64,000 nt of DNA from an uncultured Gammaproteobacteria bacterium (GTDB lineage Bacteria > Pseudomonadota > Gammaproteobacteria > CAWJPQ01): contig CAWJPQ010000012.1 in NCBI GenBank assembly GCA_963844825.1, positions 101,955-165,954 of the forward strand. The letters are read 5' to 3'. Numbering within the stretch: the first letter of the stretch is position 1; the number at the start of each line of letters is the position of its first letter. Of this stretch, positions 59,046-64,000 are shown piece after piece. Position numbers and translations under genes: made by a program. The notes below the pieces were generated by a model. The model worked only from the letters and a program-made list of their open reading frames with translations. It made no database searches and was not told where the DNA came from.

Positions 59046-59754
59046 GAGCGGGACGCCGGGCGCGGCGTTTGGGGGTGTTGGCGCTCGGTGGGGGGCATCC
59101 GCCCGCATTGGTCCCCTTGCTATATACCGGCCTGGGTTCTGCCAACCGTCGGTACCGGCAGCGAGTCAGGGCGTCTGTCATCGGCTGTGGAGGGACTCGC
59201 GGAATCATAAGATTTGAAATATTGTAACACGATTGTGAGAATCCGAGCAAATGCCCGTCCGTCCGTCCCTTCCACCGCCTTCCACTGGGTCGAGGTGAGG
59301 GGGGCCGGTCACTGGGTGGAGATTGAGCAGGCCGTGGCCTCACTGCGGCTGTTTGAGGGCGACTGGTTCCGCGCGTCACCATACCCATGTGCGACGCCTG
59401 CCTGGAGGACCTGGGTATCGAAGAGGCGTGACCCGCTGCGAGCCGGCCCCCGTCCGCATTTCCTACTGCAGCCACGTTTGCCCCCGCCCGCTGGGCGCCA
59501 ATACCGATTGCCGCTTAACCCGAGCGTTTTGCCCGCAGGGGGTTTCAACTCTTTGATGGGATTGTATATGTTCGGTTCTGGGTCGTGGGCTCCCCGGGCC
59601 GTGGCCTGCCTTTACCAGGTCAAAAATATGAAGTAATATTAAAAAATAATAAATACTATTACGGCGCGGCCACCCCTTATCGAGTCGCGCCTGCACCGCC
59701 TACAGAGCGGATGAAAGCCCAATATAGAACAACAAATGCAAAGGAGCCTCACCG

Positions 59755-61870
59755 ATGACTTATCATGCCTATGGTCGGAGAACCTCTGCCCTAAAGCGTC
59801 CGGTGCCCATCCTGTTTCTGTTGCCGGCACTGGTGGCCCTGTCCGGCCTCCCGGCCTTGGCCGGGGGCGTGCAGGCGTTGAACCTCGGCAGCATGCAGGT
59901 CACCGGTCAGTCCACGGGCCTGACCGGCAATCCCCCGTCGGCCTCGGTGGGGACCGTGACGTCCGAGCAACTGCAGAACAGGCCCATCCTGCGTCCCGGG
60001 GAATTACTGGAGGTGGTGCCGGGGCTTATCATTACCCAGCACAGCGGCGACGGTAAGGCCAACCAATATTTCCTGCGGGGATTCAACCTGGATCACGGGA
60101 CGGACCTGGCCGGTTACGTTAACGATGTCCCCATCAATTTGCCGACCCACGCCCACGGGCAGGGATACCTGGACCTCAACTGGCTGATCCCCGAGCTGGT
60201 TCAAAGCATTCAGTACAAGAAGGGGCCCTATTATGCCGAAGAGGGGAAAACTTCGCCTCCGCCGGCGCGGTGCACATCGACTATTTCAATACCCTGCCCC
60301 AGGGCATCTTCCGCGCCGAGAAGGGTATGTACGACTTCAACCGGCTGTTGGCGGCCGATTCCACGCCGGTGGCCCAGGGGCACGTTCTCTACGCCCTTGA
60401 GTATGCCTACAAGAATGGCCCCTGGGACCTTCCAGAGGGGTACCGCAAGTACAACGGCTTTCTGCGTTACTCCCAGGGCGATGAGTTGAACGGCATGAAC
60501 ATCAGCTTCCAGGGGTACAGCTCCAAATGGGCCGCTACCGACGAAGTGCCCCTGAGCGCCATCGAGCAGGGGACGATCGGGCGCTTCGGCTATGTGGATC
60601 CCACTGACGGGGGCAAGACGGATCGCAACACTGTATCGCTTCGGTGGTGGCGCAATGATGCTCTGACCTCAAAGCGAGTCACCCTCTACGCGGTTCATGA
60701 GCACTTGAACCTGTATTCCAACTTTTCCTATTACCTGCCCGAGGCTGACGGCGGTTACAAGAACGGCGCCACGGTGGGGGACCAGATCGAGCAGGTGGAC
60801 CGGCGCGATTACTACGGCTTCCGCGGGTCATATTCACGGTTATCGTCATTGTTCGGCTTCGATTCCGAGAACACCGTGGGCCTGCATATCCGCTATGACG
60901 ATATCCCTCAGGTGGCCCTCTACCATACCTCTCAGCGGGCACGCCTGGAAACAATTGTGAATGACTCGGTCAATGAGACACGCTACTCCCTATACGCCAA
61001 AAACGATACGCGCTGGACGCAATGGCTTCGCACCATTGCCGGGGTTCGCACGGATATCTTTGATTTCTCGGTGGGAGCCAATATCCCTGCCAACTCCGGC
61101 ACCGTCGTTAAGGGAGTGGTCGAGCCCAAGCTCAGCATGATCTTCGGCCCATGGAGCAAGACCGAGTACTACCTCAATATGGGTCAGGGTATACACAGTA
61201 ATGATGCCCGCGGCGTGCTTACCAAGGTGGACCCGAGCAACGGCCAGGCGGCGACCCCGGCCACGCCGGTAGTCCGTTCCCGGGGCATGGATCTGGGGCT
61301 GCGTACCGCCATCATCCCCAAGGTACAGATGGCCCTGTCCCTGTGGGCGCTGAATCTCGACTCGGAACTCGTATTCAGCGGCGACGGCGGCACGACCGAG
61401 GCCAGTTATCCCAGCCGGCGCCTGGGCTTTGAGTTTTCCACGTATTACCGACCGCTGCCGTGGCTGATCGCCGATTTGGACGTGGCCGACACCCGGGCGC
61501 GTTACAAGGACAATCCGGCGGGGCGCTATATCCCCAACGCCGTAGAGGGGGTGATCTCGGGGGGCGTGAGCGTGAACCACGCTACCGGCGTTTTCGGCGG
61601 GCTGCGGGTGCGCTATATCGGCCCCCGCCCCTGAATGAAAGCGGTACCGTCAAATCCAGCGACTTCAGCGTGGTCAATGCCCAGGTGGGATACCACATCA
61701 ACAAGATGTGGAGTGCGGCGCTCCAGATATTGAATATATTCGACAGCAATGCCAACAACATCGCTTATTACTACACCTACGCCCTGCAGGGCCAGGCACC
61801 GCAGACCGGGACCGTCGTTCACCCCATTGAGCCGCGGCAGGTCCGGTTCATGCTGACCATGCGCATGTGA
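59755..61870 (+). pseudogene. TonB-dependent receptor, two frameshifts
   Basis: AAGGAG RBS and signal peptide. The plug is in ORF 59755..60489, the barrel in ORF 60270..61634 and the terminal strands in ORF 61460..61870. Junctions are at the G4A4 run 60243..60250 and the C run 61628..61631. Confidence 0.85.
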
Positions 61871-62507
61871 GGGCCGATCATGTCCACCCGTCAAGAGGAG
61901 GTCCGACTGTTCAACCCCAATCGTTGCCCGCGGTATGGCGGGGGGGATCTCCAAGGGCCTGATATCGACGTATATGGTCTCCTCCCGTTTTGCAAGACGT
62001 TGTCAACGAAATGACAGGGACAGGATTGCTCTCGTATATCCGGCCTATTTGTGAGGGATATTGGCCCCTCTGGCCTTGATGAAATTCGCGCGTATCGTCC
62101 TTTTCGTCCCTTCGGCCTGAATACGCCTACGCCAGGGCCCAGGTTTTCGATACGCCGGTCTGACCTGTTATGTCATCGCTCGCTGACAGCGTCTTCGCAA
62201 TCGTCGGCAGGTTACCTCTCTGTGGTTGCTTTTACCCCGTTATCGGGCAGCATGCTAGGTCGTCTGGTTGTGCAATACCCCCCAACCGATACGGGCCAAC
62301 TTGGCTTGGCATGGGGCGGTCGCGGCGGTCACGCCTTCGCCGGATCGGGATTGGAAGGCCCGTCGACTCATGGGGTCTTGCGGACCGGAGGCCAGGCCAA
62401 GGGTTGCCCGCCTTTTGGGCCGCGCTCAATTGAGGGGTCAACAGGGACCCCGGATCTCTGGTGGTCACCGCATCGGGCTCAGGCGTTTTCTTTGCCCCTG
62501 CGCCTTT

Positions 62508-62543
62508 GTTGACATATTAAATGGGAATAATTATCATTCGCAT
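62508..62543 (+). promoter_or_regulatory. Putative sigma70 promoter overlapped by a Fur-box-like site
   Basis: TTGACA-N17-TATCAT. AATAATTATCATT (62525..62537) matches 11 of 13 core positions of the Fur consensus AATGATAATCATT. Confidence 0.5.
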
Positions 62544-62614
62544 TTAAGGCGCGACAGGCGGAGGGATGGCTCATGGGGCGGTTGGTTGACCTGGCGGGGT
62601 ACGCGATAAATTCC

Positions 62615-63388
62615 ATGGCGGGGCGTGGCGCGCGTTCAGCGCTGTTCGTTCCGGCAGTCGCCATGCTGGTGGCGGCGTGGGCCCTGGCGTCCCCGGCCCG
62701 GGCGGATGAATACAAGATCTATTCGCCTCTGGTGGTCAAGGGAGAGAATGAGTTTGAGTTTCGTGCGTACGACGCCCAGGACAGCTCGCCCCAACTCAAC
62801 GGCGATCAGCAGTACCGCGTATCCTACGAGCGGGGCGTGACCAACAATTGGGTGACCGAGATTTATGCCGTGATGGCGAATCCCCCCGGGGGCAATTTTC
62901 ACACCCACAACATCGAGCTGGAAAACCGCTTTCAGTTGACGCCCATGGGCAAGTACTGGGCGACCCTGGGTCTGTATCAGGCCCTGGAGATTCCCACTCA
63001 CGCGGGAATTCCCTATGACCTCGAGCTGATGCCCCTGATCCAGGTCCAATCGGGCCGGCGCCTGGCGATCGCCAACCTTGATTTCGAGCGCAGCTTCGGC
63101 ACCAACCGCGAGCGCGGGACCATCTTCAGCTACCGGCTGCTGCTCGAATACAAGCTCTATCAGGCCTTCTCACCGGCACTGGAATTTCACGGCGAGCCCG
63201 GCCCGCTCGGCTCGTTCCATCCTTTGGAGGATCAGGACCACGAGATCGGGCCGGCAATATACGGTGTGTCCTACTTCAGGAACTACCAGACGATCAACTA
63301 CAGCACCGCCCTGCTGTTCGGCGCCACGCCTGCCAGTCCTGACGTGAGGATCGTCTTCCGGTTCGCCTACGAGTTCTTCACCTTCTGA
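62615..63388 (+). CDS. Putative outer-membrane beta-barrel protein
   Basis: Start set at MAGRGARSALFVPAVAMLVAAWALASPARA (signal peptide) within ORF 62573..63388. Amphipathic strand pattern with a C-terminal ...FAYEFFTF. Confidence 0.6.
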   Translation: MAGRGARSALFVPAVAMLVAAWALASPARADEYKIYSPLVVKGENEFEFRAYDAQDSSPQLNGDQQYRVSYERGVTNNWVTEIYAVMANPPGGNFHTHNIELENRFQLTPMGKYWATLGLYQALEIPTHAGIPYDLELMPLIQVQSGRRLAIANLDFERSFGTNRERGTIFSYRLLLEYKLYQAFSPALEFHGEPGPLGSFHPLEDQDHEIGPAIYGVSYFRNYQTINYSTALLFGATPASPDVRIVFRFAYEFFTF

Positions 63389-63460
63389 TCAGGCGCCGGG
63401 GCCGGTGCCCCCCGTTGCCATGGGCATCTTGGGACATCGCTGACGTGTACTACGGATCGC

Positions 63461-63649
63461 TCAGTCCCAGCGGTCGGCGGGGGAAAGGGGGGTGACGGCG
63501 GACGGTGCGGATAGACGCCTGTCCGCGCGCTTCACCGCCTCGACCATGGCGCAATCACAGATACATGCATGGGGATGTTGCGCGAGCCGCGCGGCGCGCT
63601 CAAACGCCTGACGCTGTGCGAAATGCTGGTGGGTGGTATCGCAGGCCAT
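63461..63649 (-). CDS. Hypothetical small Cys/His-rich protein (62 aa)
   Basis: GGGAGG lies 7 nt upstream of the ATG. Contains an HPHACICDC motif plus Cys3. No family recognised. Confidence 0.4.
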   Translation of the reverse strand: MACDTTHQHFAQRQAFERAARLAQHPHACICDCAMVEAVKRADRRLSAPSAVTPLSPADRWD

Positions 63650-64000
63650 GATGCAGCCTCCCTGGCATTACGAAAAAATAATTGTTCATACATGATGCGC
63701 CGCCGGCCGCCCCCGGTCAATGGCCCCGTTTTTCCCCACCCTATGGAGTCGCTTATCATTCTTCATAACTACCAGATTCTTAATTAAATTAACTATTGGA
63801 TAATACGATGAATCTGGGCACTTCGGATTGAGTCAAAAGCAGATCAGCAGCTTTTGCGCTTCCCTCGGAAATTGGTTATTGGATGCGATGACTACAGCAA
63901 TCCTGGAGGAGGCCTAGGTCACGCGATTAAGCGCGTTGAACCTAAGCCAAGAACCAGAGCGCTTCCTCCTACGGTCACAACGAGCCACCTGCATCGTAAA

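Overview
GC-rich chromosomal segment with a gammaproteobacterium-like gene set (YaeQ, YaiL/DUF2058, YajD, PA4780-type RIO kinase, VF530, SrkA, Uup, DesA-like desaturase). Taxon is inferred from gene content only.

Layout:
- 0.2-11.4 kb: housekeeping and orphan genes. These include an MFS transporter, a PAS-GGDEF-EAL protein, three small nuclease-fold proteins and a SulP permease.
- 11.5-21.8 kb: defense island. It holds an intact AbiEii/AbiEi pair, an intact half-size hsdS, heavily frameshifted hsdM-hsdS-hsdR, a YgjP-like M48 peptidase, a truncated Mrr fragment and an Mrr-like nuclease with a zinc finger.
- 21.9-49.9 kb: glgP, two tandem secreted left-handed beta-helix paralogs, an OPT transporter and dipZ. 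A 1-kb non-coding repeat region follows. After it come desA-like, csp, a DMT transporter, an internally deleted SDR, yjbQ with an MTH1187-family gene, and BCCT with an abutting outer-membrane barrel gene. The stretch ends with uup, srkA, a Sel1 protein, a second PAS-GGDEF-EAL protein, a methyltransferase and tRNA-Arg(CCT).
- 49.9-50.8 kb: low-GC debris with an IS3-type orfA stub.
- 50.8-63.7 kb: iron-uptake region. It has an intact TonB-dependent receptor and a Vibrio TonB2-type operon (DUF3450, TtpC-like, ExbB, ExbD, TonB, TPR). A second receptor and a barrel gene behind a Fur-box-like promoter complete it.

Main observations:
1. Two blocks of about 6 kb (Type I R-M; TonB2 operon plus second receptor) are riddled with single-base indels while their neighbours are clean. 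This is either local decay or a local assembly or polishing problem.
2. dipZ is bracketed by 178-bp direct repeats that differ at one base.
3. Next to dipZ is a diverged, duplicated 145-bp element with three (A/G)TCAC repeats at exact 11-bp phasing.
4. The two secreted hexapeptide-repeat paralogs share four conserved cysteines.
5. A hairpin repeat family recurs in at least three intergenic sites.

No CRISPR array, rRNA gene or intact mobile element was seen. I found no clearly novel multi-gene system. All family assignments rest on motif recognition by eye, not on searches.
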